NCBI RefSeq assembly: GCF_009914755.1
Contig: NC_060929.1
Length of the DNA stretch: 64,000 nucleotides
Source: the human T2T-CHM13v2.0 reference genome, Homo sapiens
Strand: one strand, 5' to 3'
In this document: piece by piece, positions 1 to 13,563 of the stretch
Layout: the number at the start of each line of letters is the position of its first letter
Numbering within the stretch: the stretch's first letter is position 1
The notes under the pieces: generated by a model
Databases searched by the model: none
What the model was told of the DNA's origin: nothing
What the model saw: the letters and a program-made list of their open reading frames with translations, nothing else
Program-made: the position numbers and the translations under genes

Positions 1-249
1 TCTCACCCATAAGTGGGAGTTGAACAATGGGAACACATGGACACAGGGAAGGGAACATCACACACCGGGGCCTGTTTGTGGGTGAGGGGCTAGGGGAGGG
101 ATAGCATTAGGAGAAATACCTAATGTAGATGACAGATTGATGGGTGCAACAAACCACCATGGCATGTGTATATCTATGAAACAAACCTGCATGTTCTGCA
201 CGTGTACCCCAGAACTTAAAGTATAATTTAAAAAAAAAAGAAAAGAAAA
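1..249 (+). mobile_element. L1PA-type LINE-1 3' end with A tail (truncated by window edge)
   Basis: L1 3' UTR motifs gaacacatggacacaggga, gcattaggagaaatacctaatgtagatga and ccccagaacttaaagtataa, followed by poly(A). Confidence 0.9.
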
Positions 250-519
250 TGGTCCCCATTACAAAGGATTGTTGCAAGACTTCCATGTGTGTAGAGCATT
301 TATCCCATTACCTGGCACATTTGTTTGCTGCTCTTAGTTAGCTTGTAAGTTTTGTAACAACTCTTTTTACCTCTTGGAGACCTCCGTTGGTGTTATTTTT
401 TAGGGAATTCATGAAGACTCAATTCTAAGGCCACAACTAGATTGAGCACTTGTCATGTGGGCAGCAGCCTGGCACACACCCCCTTAGAGTGCATTCAGAG
501 TGAGGGCACCCTAGTCTGA

Positions 520-705
520 TGCATGAATTGGGATCTGGCTTTATTACATACTCACTGCATGACCGTGGACAAGCTATTTGACCTAAGTTTCAGTTTCTTA
601 TCTGCAGAAATCAGAAGAATGTTATCCACCTCTCAGGATTGTCACGAGAATTCACGAAAGCACCTTTGTGATGGGCTTAGCAAGGTGCCTAGCACATAAC
701 AAGTT
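520..705 (+). mobile_element. MIR SINE fragment
   Basis: MIR core-like tcagtttcttatctgcagaaat...ctcaggattgt...gtgcctagcacata. Confidence 0.55.
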
Positions 706-1774
706 CAGGGGTAGAATATAGCAATGTTAACCAGTATTATTATTTATGAATTAGACATCATGTAATTGATAAAAGACGTACATATATCATCCAAAATTAA
801 TTAAATATCTCTACTCTTTGTAACACTTTATGCAAGTATTAGCCTCTAAAAATCATCTATGATATGCCAAGTTCACAATTACTTAATGGTAAACTGAACC
901 ATGTGATTGCTTTTGCAATTTAATCAAGTTAATTCTGTTTTGGACTTGCCATCCTCACTAAGATACCTTCATCTCCTGCAGGCCCAGAGCTGCCAGCCAA
1001 TACTCTCTGGCTGCCCTTTCACTGAGCTGTTAAAAGAAGAGCTAGCTCATAGAAATCATCCATGCTAATTTGTAAGAGGGTTTTAACATCTCCCGGTCTT
1101 GTTTAAGCTTCATTGTCTTCCATGGCCATGTGTCTAAAAGAATTAATGTAGCTGCCAGAGAACCTAACATTTAAGCAGAGAATAATATGAAACCCAGTCT
1201 TTCCTACAATTCTGCAACCTAAACCTATAGTTTGCTACAGAAATGTTTAAATTCATACCATGAAGAGCTAATTAAAAGTATAAAAATGCTTTCTCTTCTT
1301 CTTTGTTCGCATGAGTAAATCTTTTGGGAAAAGACAGGGTCCACGTGCCCAAAGGGCCATCAAGAGCCAGGCAAGGTGCTTAAAGGAATGAAGCAAGCAG
1401 GTCTAGGAAAACCCCAGTGGAAGGGAGATGGCAAATGGCATTTGAACATAAGGCCCCAGCAGGGGAGCACAGGAAGGACAGTGGGGACCGTGGCAGCCCG
1501 GGAAGCCCTTGCACTGCTGTGGGAGCAGCTCCCTCCACTCCAGAAATAAAGGCCACCAGAACTTTTGAGGTTTCAAGTTAATCCACAAATGAGGATGTAT
1601 TGATTCCTTGAAGAGTAGCAACTGACTTAAGTTTCTTAATTGTAGAATAAAAGGCATAACAAAAAATGCACAAGAGGCAAAGTGTGGCCCTAGGATGGCC
1701 TATATGTGTCGTCTGCTAAGATCTTTGGCAGTTTAAGTAGCTGTAGCCATCTTCATGTTCATAAGTAAGACCTC

Positions 1775-1950
1775 ACATGAATTCATTCATTTTTATGCTC
1801 ACAGCTATCCTATGAGGTAGGTACTATTAATGTCATCCCATTTTACAGGTAAAGAAACTGAGACACAAATTGGTCCCCTCTTTGTCCAGCCAGCGTTGTG
1901 CGGGGCTGAGATTCTCACCTTGACATGTGGCATGCCGGAGTCTGCTCTTC
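1775..1950 (-). mobile_element. MIR SINE fragment
   Basis: cctatgaggtaggtactatt...cccattttacaggtaaagaaactgagac. Confidence 0.7.
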
Positions 1951-4640
1951 ATCATATTCTCATATTTAAATAGTTTAGTAGTTCTCACAATTAAATAGTT
2001 TGGACTTTGCCCCCACATGTGGTAGAAAAACTTTGTCTTTATGCTCTGATTTAAGTTTTGATCCATTTTGTTTTCTGTTCCAAGTATTTCACTTCAGCCC
2101 CCAACTACATATAAAATGCCATTTTATGTGCTGTAACACATTGGATTTTATCTTTATTAATGCAATGTGTGGAATATGATTTCAGAACAAGGGCAATCCT
2201 GTTAAAATCGCTTCATCTGGAAATACATCAGTTTGCAAACAGATTGGCCTATTATCCACAAATATAAACATTTACAAAAATATATATCAGGCATCATTTG
2301 GTGGCTCTTGCCATAATGATTCATTGGCACAAGAGAAGTGCTTCATGGTGAGAGGTGCCAAAGCTGTTTGACACATTTCAGTGGAGTTCATTACACACAC
2401 GAAACGGAACCAATTTTACTCAACAGTGACTTTGACATTTACAGAAAGATGAAATGGAGGTTTAGAAATGAAGACTTCATGTGAAATCCCTACCAAAACT
2501 TTTAAATTGGTTCTATCCTTATGATACCACTTCTAGAAGATCAGCCATGCTCTATAGACACATTTTTATTCACAGCAGGTGGCCACCTATTCAAAACAAA
2601 GTTTCTTGGGTTATCGGGAAATTGATCTTGAGCAAGCTTAATTGGCTGTAAAACTCTTCTCTCAGAATAAATACCATATTTTTTTTTAAGATGTACTTGT
2701 AGGAAGGCATGTTTCCCTTTGGCTTCACTCTGTTTAATTCATCTTCCTTATTTTTTCATTCTGTTTCCTTAATTTTCTGAGCTTTCATGGATTAAGTACC
2801 ATCTTCATCCTCATTGCCCACAAAGACAGGGCAGGACTCTTGAGATTTCAGGCTCAGAGTTGTAATGCAGTAAGAGAGATGTTAAAAAGTCATAAATAAC
2901 CAGCTGTTTTCTACTTCCTTAATGATATAATGCAAGAAAATGTACCAAAAAGTAATAAGGTATTTATGATACTTATGCTAAAAAGAGTTCTATATTTATG
3001 GGTTAGGAAGAGTTAAGTGTAGATCATCCAATGGGGTAGGATGATCTAAGTATAGACCACATTTACAGAAATGTAAAGTACTATGCCACAGTATGTGTAT
3101 GCAACACCATTTATCTGAAGAAACAATTCATAATAGGTTGTAAAACATTCTCTTACTATGGTAACTGGTTAAAGTATATTAATAACGTTGCTTTACTGAA
3201 TGCTTATTGTGCTTTCAATGCCAAAGTTAAGGCTCCGCATACTAAAGAACAAATGTGCTTGGTTTAATTTGTAAGTCTAGATAGCATTATAGTAATATTG
3301 CACTGATTAGAATTAATCAACAACACCAGAACAAGTCTATGTCAAGTCTAAATTTTAAAACTTGAACGTAATTATATTGCTTTCAAATCTGTCTTATATT
3401 TACTTAGTCTGCAAATAGTGTAATAAAATCAGTATCTCAAAACCAGATAATACATTTGAGTCATTCAAACTGCTATCAAACATGTCACCAGAGAAGCAAT
3501 TCAATCAATAAAAAAAATTCTAATTAGCATATTAATTATTTGCGAATAAAAGTTGATTCCAAAGTACACTAGGGAACTTGAGGACATGCTAGTTTGTCTT
3601 CTCATTCTATATATCCCTATGAAATATTTTTGCACTATTAATTTCCAATAACCTAGGGAAAAAGATTTTGCTAATCAAAAGAAAACGTCAGCCCAGCCTT
3701 TGCATTAATTATCACATATTCTATCTTGATAGGACTTGAATTAATAAGGCCCAGGCTCCTCCAAAATGGCACGTATTAAATAAAATCTGGACTTGACCAT
3801 GCACTCTTGTGGATATTGAAGTACATATGCATATTGGCTGCCAGGCAAATAAATGTTCAAAGTATGCAATTACCAAAGCTATGTGGGCCTTGCCCCACTA
3901 TCCATAAACATCTCAATTACCTTCTAGTCATCAATAAAACAGGGTTCTGCAAAGATTCAAACTAGTTTTCTTGACCACCAACCACTTTTGCATATCAAAT
4001 TTCCGAGCATACAAACGATTCCCTGTAGAAAATAGAAAGTTCCTCACAAAAAACTAAGATCCCAACAAAAAGAAAAGAAGAGACATAGTCTATTAAGCAG
4101 CCTTTTACGTCCACTGCTAAACTGTCATTAGACTATAATTAGGTAGTTCACGTTTTATTTTTATCGAGTTGTTCATGTTTCTAATTGGTTGGCTCCTAAT
4201 GCTAAGAGGGAATGCAGGGTAGGGTGAGGGCAGAAAAAAGGTTCAACATCTACTTCGTTTTGCTTTTCCTCCCTCCCACCATCTAGTCTTCAGGTATTTT
4301 GTGATTGAATAACCCTGCCTGCTATTTTAAGTTCAGTATCTGAGCATGCCCTTACTTCTTTCCCCTTTCCATTTACTTCCTGACATCTACAAAATGAGCC
4401 ACCACATCTGATTGCCACTTACCACATGGTTCCCCTCTACTTTGCCTGCTCAGAAATCAACCGTTTCCCACAGTTCTCAAAGTTGCGCTGCTTCCGGGCC
4501 ATTGTCTTCCTTTGCTTGAACGTATGACCGTTCTGCACCGTAAGAATCCTGTTTTTTGCATTTAGGGGCATGCTTGCAGCATACTAATTTTTTTCCCATT
4601 TACGGTTTTTCAGGTTAAGTAAAATCTAAAATTTGGAAAT

Positions 4641-5378
<738 letters not shown>

Positions 5379-5919
5379 GATATGATTCATTTTAACTTAT
5401 CAAATTCTTTTCTGATATAACATTAGAATAATATCAGTATGTTAATTACCTGTACCATTTTTACAGGGGCAAAATTACTAAGTTAAAGCTAGTTCTGATT
5501 TTCTTTCACCTGAATAAAGATGACTTTTAAAACCTTAACGTAATAAAACGGAAAGAAGAAAATATAGATTCTATGAATGAGTCCATCCTCCAGTGAACTT
5601 TCTTTTGGCCCATATTCTTCTTCTTCATGCAAACAGTGGTGACAAGTCACACAGTATCTCTGCCTTCCCTGTTTCTATACCACTACTGTTAAATGCTGAA
5701 TTGAAGTCCACACAAAAGAAAACAATTAGTATATAAATTACTTTAGATTTTTCAAGTGTTTCTATTCTTTAATTTTAAGAAAATTTTGACTTGCTTAGAG
5801 ATGTTTTCTGATCAATAAACTATCTTCTGCAGATGTTTGCAATGTATTGTAGATGGATTCTATACATGCAATACAAATGAGAATAACAACAATAATTAGT
5901 GATTAGAATACCTAATACT

Positions 5920-6135
5920 TATTAATACCTTACCAAATGCCAGGCACTGTTCTAAATGGTTTGCATGTAATGCCTCATTTAATCCTTATAACACCCTATG
6001 AGGTGGATAGTATCATTATCCCATTTACAGAATAAAGAAACTGAGGTACATTGAAATGAAACCATTTTCCCAGGTTCACAGAGACTAATGTTGCAGACCC
6101 CAGCACTGTTGATCATAACCACTATGCAATCCTGC
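5920..6135 (-). mobile_element. MIR SINE
   Basis: tgccaggcactgttcta...ctcatttaatcctta...accctatgaggt...aaactgagg. Confidence 0.75.
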
Positions 6136-7341
6136 CTATTAAGAAATAGTAAATGAGAATTGCTAAGTTATATATTCAACAGTTTAAAGGGGTTTTTTAA
6201 AAAAACTATAGAATTTCACAGAGAAATCTATCCCTCTAAAAAACTAACATCAAATATGAGTTTGAGCATATTGATCATAGTAATTCAATTACATATATTA
6301 AGTTTTTAGCAAGGATGCACCCTGTCAAGTTGATACAAAAAGAACTGGGTTGTAGCAAAATTAGATGTTGTAGCCTACTTGGAAATACTACTTAAATTTT
6401 TATCACTTAAAATCTCATTACCAACTAAGAAAAAGAATGAAATACTTGACATTTTGGTATCTGTGATATTAAAAAGAACTAATATTTAATATTCAAGTGG
6501 CAACAGCTTGTAGAGTTTGCACACAACACCCACAGGGATCGATTTTTCTCTAAAACGGCCTTCAGGAGTCTGCCTTTTAAACAGCTGACACCTCCATTCT
6601 CTGCATCCCTCTTTCCTGCCAGCACCATGGGGTGCTCACAGAGTGCAACAGCAGACGTGTAATTCTTCACTGCAGGATTTGTCTTTGCAAATAATGGAGA
6701 ATGAGGGAAATTAAGAAAAATGTAATTTCCACAGAATCGACCTCAGTGTAATCTCTGCTACTAAAAATGAATAGATGTCTTTAGAGGGCTTTTCTCCATA
6801 TGCACTCTCAGTCCCTTTTATATACCATCTATGAGGAGAGAGAAGAATCATTCGTACCTAATTGATCGTCAGTCATTCCACCCCTGTACCAAGGCTGCAT
6901 TATGACAAGTATACTGTTGCCTGGCATTTTTCCAGTATGGCTAATTGTCGCAGTACTAATTTACTTACCTGTGGAATATACAACTTCCCCAGCCTGCTGT
7001 CAAGAAGATGCATAATAATGGAATAAAGGATTTAAAATGCCGAATACTATAAAATATTTCACTTATCTTTCAATAGAAGGCTTTGACTAAGCCATGTATT
7101 AGGTGGCTATAATTACTCATTGCTGGAGTGTAAAACAAACAAAAACCTTGTCACATATACATTTACCTGGTAGAATGACAAGAATCAAGTGAACCAATCT
7201 TTTCTGATGTAGAGAAAAAAATACTAATCAGATTACCTAAAACATGTTCTTGATCTGCATGGTTTAGAGTAAATGTACCAGTTCAATTACTATTATGTTC
7301 CGAATTACAAAACACTTCCTTTTTGTTGTTGTTGTTGTTAG

Positions 7342-7665
<324 letters not shown>

Positions 7666-8934
7666 AAGACAATGTTTTTTCTATATCAAATAGTAAGACA
7701 AAGGAGTAATTTACTGTTTTTTTCCCCCAAAAATGTGGCAAAGTTTCTAAAGGAGATATAGGCATATATGGCTTTAATTGCATAAACTAGTAAACCAATT
7801 TGGGACATCTGTACCAAGCAATCTGGCCACCAGGATTTTTTTAATGGTAGATTGTGTTTTTGAAAATTAATATTTCCCATGGAAAAGTATCACTCAAAAG
7901 TATAATAGCTGACTTTTTTGTTACAGTTTGTTACAGTTCTTACAGTTGATGGCCCTCACTGGTACTTAGATATGTTTGACACATCTGTGAAAATGACCTA
8001 GCAACTGTGCAACTGTAATTTTTGTTATAACAAATGTCATTGTAGTTTTACCAGTTTTAACAAATATGCTTGATTGTTTATGATACAGGCAAAAATTTAT
8101 AGATAAAGTTTAGGATTTCCTAAGGAAATTTGAATAGAATCGCTCATTTAATTCTTACAGTCTATTAAATACAAATTCTATAGGTTGCTGAATCACCCAT
8201 CCTATAGTATTATTAGGTCCTCTAAGGAAAAAAAAAAAGTTTTCTGGTCAAGTTTGGGAAATGCTGGATTAAATATGTATAGGCTTATCTTTATTGTTGC
8301 AAAATATCACTTTAAAAACTTTATTTCAGGCACTTTGATATGCTAATCTGCACTCCGAAAAGAAGGTGTATGGTCTTTTCCAACCTTATTTGACCCAAAG
8401 GTCCTATCACAGCTCATCTCTGAAGCCAAGAGTCTGCAGAGCTGGCTCTGCCTGACTCACGCCTGGCACATCTCAGGGATTCAATACATTTTAGCAAAAT
8501 TTCAACATTATCCACTTTCAATTGAATTCAAATGGTCTGTGATATACTTTGCCTTAAACTTGTTCATGAGGATAAATATGCAAATAGAATCAGAAACACA
8601 AACTCATTTTTTCTACCAGATCTCAGCCCACATATTCCAAGGTAAAAGAGTAGCGCAATAATCCATTCTGGCACATTGACCTATGGCAACACTATTCCTT
8701 AAAATAGGATTTTTAAGCGGTAGAAAAGGAGAAAGAAAACAACAGCTTCCTACCCAGCACATGCCTTCCATTTAGCATGTCTGGAAGACCGTCTCCTTCG
8801 TTTCAAAATTGATAGCCAACTTTTTTTGTTGTTTTGCTATTCAAATTTCTGTCCTCTTTTTTCCCAGCCTATTTGCTCTAACACTGAATTTTAAGCATCT
8901 CTAAAAATGCTTGTTATGTTATTATTCTTTCCAG

Positions 8935-9062
8935 ATATCCTCTGAGAGCCAAGCAAAGAACATTAAGGAAGGAAGGAGGAATGAGGCTGGATACGGTGCA
9001 GTGAAAAAGGCACTTCCAAGAGTGGGGCACTCACTACGCACAGACTCGACGGTGCCATCAGC
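8935..9062 (+). other. CDH6: 5' UTR portion of exon 2
   Basis: Polypyrimidine acceptor ttattattctttccag ends at 8934; 128 nt lie before the ATG at 9063. Confidence 0.85.
8981..9004 (+). promoter_or_regulatory. Upstream ORF (MRLDTVQ*) in the CDH6 5' UTR
   Basis: ATG AGG CTG GAT ACG GTG CAG TGA with G at -3; ends 58 nt before the main ATG. Confidence 0.55.
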
Positions 9063-9290
9063 ATGAGAACTTACCGCTACTTCTTGCTGCTCTTTTGGGT
9101 GGGCCAGCCCTACCCAACTCTCTCAACTCCACTATCAAAGAGGACTAGTGGTTTCCCAGCAAAGAAAAGGGCCCTGGAGCTCTCTGGAAACAGCAAAAAT
9201 GAGCTGAACCGTTCAAAAAGGAGCTGGATGTGGAATCAGTTCTTTCTCCTGGAGGAATACACAGGATCCGATTATCAGTATGTGGGCAAG
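9063..9290 (+). CDS. CDH6: CDH6 exon 2 coding part: signal peptide, prodomain with furin-type RSKR site (9210-9221), start of EC1 (SWMWNQFF, Trp2/Trp4 typical of type II cadherins)
   Basis: ORF 9063..; donor AAG|GTAGGA at 9290/9291, phase 0. Confidence 0.96.
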
Positions 9291-11819
9291 GTAGGATTCC
9301 TTTGAGTGCTTTGACATTCTGGGTTTAAAGCCTGAAGAAGTTACTTCTAATAAATAGATGGGGAGGATGTGTACTATTCCCCAATATAGTAAGAATTGTT
9401 GCTTAACTGGTAAGACTTTTTTTTTTTCCACTTGAGTAGTTTCGGGAAGAAGACTAGCAAAAAGCTGAGAAATGTTAGCCCTGCAACAAAGAGAGAGAAA
9501 ATGCTCCAGTTGAAACACCCACAACCATCCGCATAGGATTATCATAAATCCTTTAATTTTTACTGTAGCTTAAAAAATGTGGTCTGGCTATTCTATAAAG
9601 TAGGGTGTATTAAAAATCGGAATGGAGAGATTAAGCTGTAAGGAAAGGAAGTCTCCTTTTTCTCTCATTCTAAAAGCAAATGTTCTGAGCTATAGTCCTT
9701 TGGCCAAGTTCAAATTAACTACTTCTTAACTCTGCTACCTATAGAACCATCCATTCTCTGGCCAAATGGAGCCCTTTGCTGTCAAAACCCACCACTGCCT
9801 TAGATTTGGCAGCTGCTGCTGCTGCTACTGTTTAGTCTTATCTCAAATAGTTGGCAAAAAACAGGTATTTCAAAATCTTTTGATTTAACTGTGGCAAAAT
9901 TTGTAAAAGAGAAAAATGCTTATGTAAAGGTACTCTTTCCAAATATCATCTGACCATTTTATTGACTCCAGAAAGTAAAGTGAGGAGGCATCACTTATTA
10001 TAGCCCTCACAGATTCTGGAGCTGAGTCAGGGAAACAGCTTGGTTAGCCTGTCATCGTGAGTTTCGTTGGAATTTTATCATCAGCTCCATCCTTGTTGCA
10101 GAATATCTGCATACTGAAAAGATGTCAAAGAAAAAACCAGGGTTCCAGGTTCTGTGCCTCATAAGGTAATGTTGATTTTTTAAAAATCATTGTCACACAT
10201 CCCTTCATAAACAAACTGATAATGAACATAAAAAGATACATGAGAAAATGCATTCATTTGTGATTACAGCTATGATTTTAAGACATCTATATTAGGATAT
10301 CATGCAAAAAACATACACTTTGCAGATTCCAAAGGCTGCATGTTCACACTTCAATCTGTGATCAAATATCCCTGAATAACCATATGTAAATATTCTCTTT
10401 AAGTATTTACCACCGTAAATGAAGGAAAGCCATCCACGGCTTGGGCTGACGTAACCAGGAAGTATTCCAATGCTGTGAATTATTAATGTAGAATAAAGTA
10501 AGAGAGGAAGTATTCAGTGAAGGGGTGAACGTCAACACAGATCCCCAAGGATCTAGCCATGTATTTGCTGTGAAATTCACACTCTGTGTGACTACTAAAG
10601 ACAGTTCAGCTACTCGTACTTCACTCCATTTCCTTTGTGAAATCTGAAGAACTCTAGGTGAATCAGGTGATGGTTGTAAAAAATAATCATCATCTTAAAA
10701 TCTTTAAAGCACTTTTTACAACACAAATAGCATTGTTGCCATAGAAGATTAAGTTTTAAAAAGTGCTTTATCTAAATGATGTTTCCCCTTTTTCCTTTCC
10801 AGTTTTCCTCTCCAATTGTGATGTCATTTTACATCTATAATGCCACATATTCTTAAAAAAAAAAAAAAAGCGGGGAGGGGGCAGGTTATTTCAGGATACT
10901 AGAAACAGCAGTGGCTAAAACCTCGTAAGAATCAGTTTTACAATTATAATTGTGAGAATATTGCCATGGGGAAAAGTTACAAGCTGTGGACTCAAACAGA
11001 TCCGAGAATGCGTCACAGTGCTGCCAGTTGCCAATTATGTGACCTAGGACAGGTTGTTAACCTTTCTGGGCTTTCATTTCTTCATCTAGAAAGTGCATGC
11101 AGCAATGCCTACCTGGTGGAGTTGCAGTAAAGTGATAAAGGCACTAGTGACAGGGACAAAGTAGGTGCATAAAGAAGTTACTATTATTGGTAAAAATCCA
11201 TTGTATATGTTCTACTAAATCCATGTGCAACACATTGAAGTGGCATATTGACTTTCATATCACTGCAGAAGTAAACTGAGGTAATTAACAAAGCTCAGTG
11301 GAAAATACACAGAATCATGGCAAAATCTCTTTACAACCACAGCTTTGACTGGATTCGTTGGATTTGGATATTTTATGGGCAGCTAGATAAATTTCCCTCC
11401 CTCTTCATCACCTGTCCTTCCCTGCTGCCCCTCCTTCTCCTCCTTGTAGTTATAACACATGAGATATTTGCTGGAAAAAAAAATCAAGGGCAACAACTGA
11501 ATTTGTCAAAGTTGCCTCATGGCTGTATCAGACACGCGTTAGAGGTGGTTTTGAGCTGTTGATATGGCATTTCCTCAAATTCCTCTTTGAAGTTATGTGA
11601 TATAAACAGATGAAACAATTAGACTAGTATTTTTTACCACAATTAAAAATAATAGAAAAAAATACATTTTTAAAAAAGATAAAGGAGAGAGTTGCCCCTC
11701 ATTTGTGGCCACAAGTTGGTCCACCTTTAATTTATCTGGGATAAAAGAGACACCTGATGCGATTATCCAGCTCCACTAGGTCAGGAAACTTTTGGCAGGA
11801 AAAAACGATTAGACCAGAG

Positions 11820-12530
11820 CAGAGGTTCCAAAACTTTCTTGGTTCACAGAGCCCTTAGGCTCAAAGAAATACCTTATAGTGCCATGTATTAAATAGTTAG
11901 ACTCAAACAACTTAATAAGAATTTTTGTTCTAACAACTTAATAATTATTTGAAAAAATAATACACGTAAATTGACAAAAAAAATTATTTCACTCTTAACC
12001 ACACTTACAAATGGTATGTGTGCATCTCTTGAGCACGGCACAATTTCTCAATCAGATCAAACACAGCCCTCTCATTTCCTTTTCCACTTTGATTTTTCCA
12101 CTGTAATTGCTTTTTATCACAGCCACTATGGAAAACCCAGCTTTATAAATATAAATCATTGAAAGGAATGCAGCACCACCTACTGTTGAAACTGTGAATT
12201 ACCTTGAGCTAGTAATTCGCAAGGGGTCTGCAGAGGTCACGTGCTGCTTATTTCCCTCCTTTTCCTTCCTTTTTTTTATTTTATTTATTTTTTCTTCTTT
12301 TTTGAGCGGGGGTCTTGCTCTGTCACCCAGGTTTAAGTTCAGCAGCGCAGTCTCCGCTTACTGCAGCCTCGACTTCCTGGGCTCAAGATGTCCTCCTGCC
12401 CCAACTCCCAACTAGCTGAGACTACAGACATGAACCACCACACCAGGCTATCCCTGAAAATTGTTAAATATTTCCTGGTCAGCTCCCCCCTGCAATCCAG
12501 GTTGCCTCAGTGCATACTCTGGGAACCACT
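11820..12530. mobile_element. hAT-Charlie-type DNA transposon relic containing an Alu monomer
   Basis: TIR-like ends cagaggttccaaact ... tgggaaccacta; subfamily uncertain. Confidence 0.5.
12262..12449 (-). mobile_element. Old Alu monomer (FLAM/FRAM/AluJ arm)
   Basis: T-rich tail, then tcttgctctgtcacccagg...ctgggctcaag...actacag...caccacaccaggcta. Confidence 0.8.
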
Positions 12531-13314
12531 AGAATAGTTCGCTTGACATATAAAAGTGTACCAAGGCTAATAGAACCTTTAATCATGCCATTCAAGCAGA
12601 TTACTACTAAATAAAAATCACTCAGAGCTTAACATGGGTGCCTAACACTCAAAAGATCTATCTGTATGTGGAAGGATAGAAGCATTAACTGAGGAAAAGT
12701 AATGCTGTTGAGAAAATAACACTTAAAATAGAAGAAAGAAATATTTACCTTATAAACATCTGTTTGTGTTGATTTGAAATTATGATGACACAAATTAATT
12801 TGTGATAAGTCATCGTAGGATGGTGGAGTGAGGAAAATGAGAGTAAGTGAGGGAAACAAAAGGCTTTCAGGTGTAGAAGGGAGGAAAAAAGAGAGGGTCG
12901 TGGGTGGCGGTGGGGTTCACAACAGCCAATGACAAGAATAGACAAGATGGTGCTTTACAACTGAAGCACAAGCAACTGCAGCGAGACCTTCCTCCTCTGT
13001 CTTAACCTTCCTCAGCCTTCCACTGCGTTCTGTTGCCAGTGAGATGAATGCAGAGACACGGACAAGACAAGGTGGGGAGGAATAGTGGAGAAAGCCCATT
13101 ATAGCTGAAATATTGACAAACCAAATTCTGATTTATAAGAAAATGTCAACAACCACTCACTTAAAATGGTAGTGGCAGGGACAAGTAACAGGATAGGAAG
13201 AAATAAGTGGTCCTGTGTCGGGTAAGTTTCTGAGTTCGTGAGTTTAAGATATAAAAATGGGATGTGATTGTTTTCTAAACCACATCTCCATTTGGGGGCT
13301 GCTTGGAGCTGCTT

Positions 13315-13563
13315 TAGCTTGAGTGGCATCTGTGGCACCTGGGAACTTGTTAGGAAGGCAGAGTCTCGGGCCCCACCTCCAATCTGAATGAATCAGAAAT
13401 CTGCATTTTAACAAGATCCCCAGGTGAATCGTACGCATGTTAAAATTTGAGAAGTGCTGCTTTTAAAAATACCTTCCCTGGGTCTCACCTCCCCAGAAAT
13501 TCTGATTTAGTTGGTTTTTAATTATTTATGATTCTAACATGTTGCCAAATTTGGGAACCACTG
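13315..13563. mobile_element. MER5-family (hAT) fragments
   Basis: cacctgggaacttgttag...gaatcagaaatctgcattttaacaagatccccaggtga...tttgagaagtgctg; second piece ends tttgggaaccactg. Confidence 0.75.
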
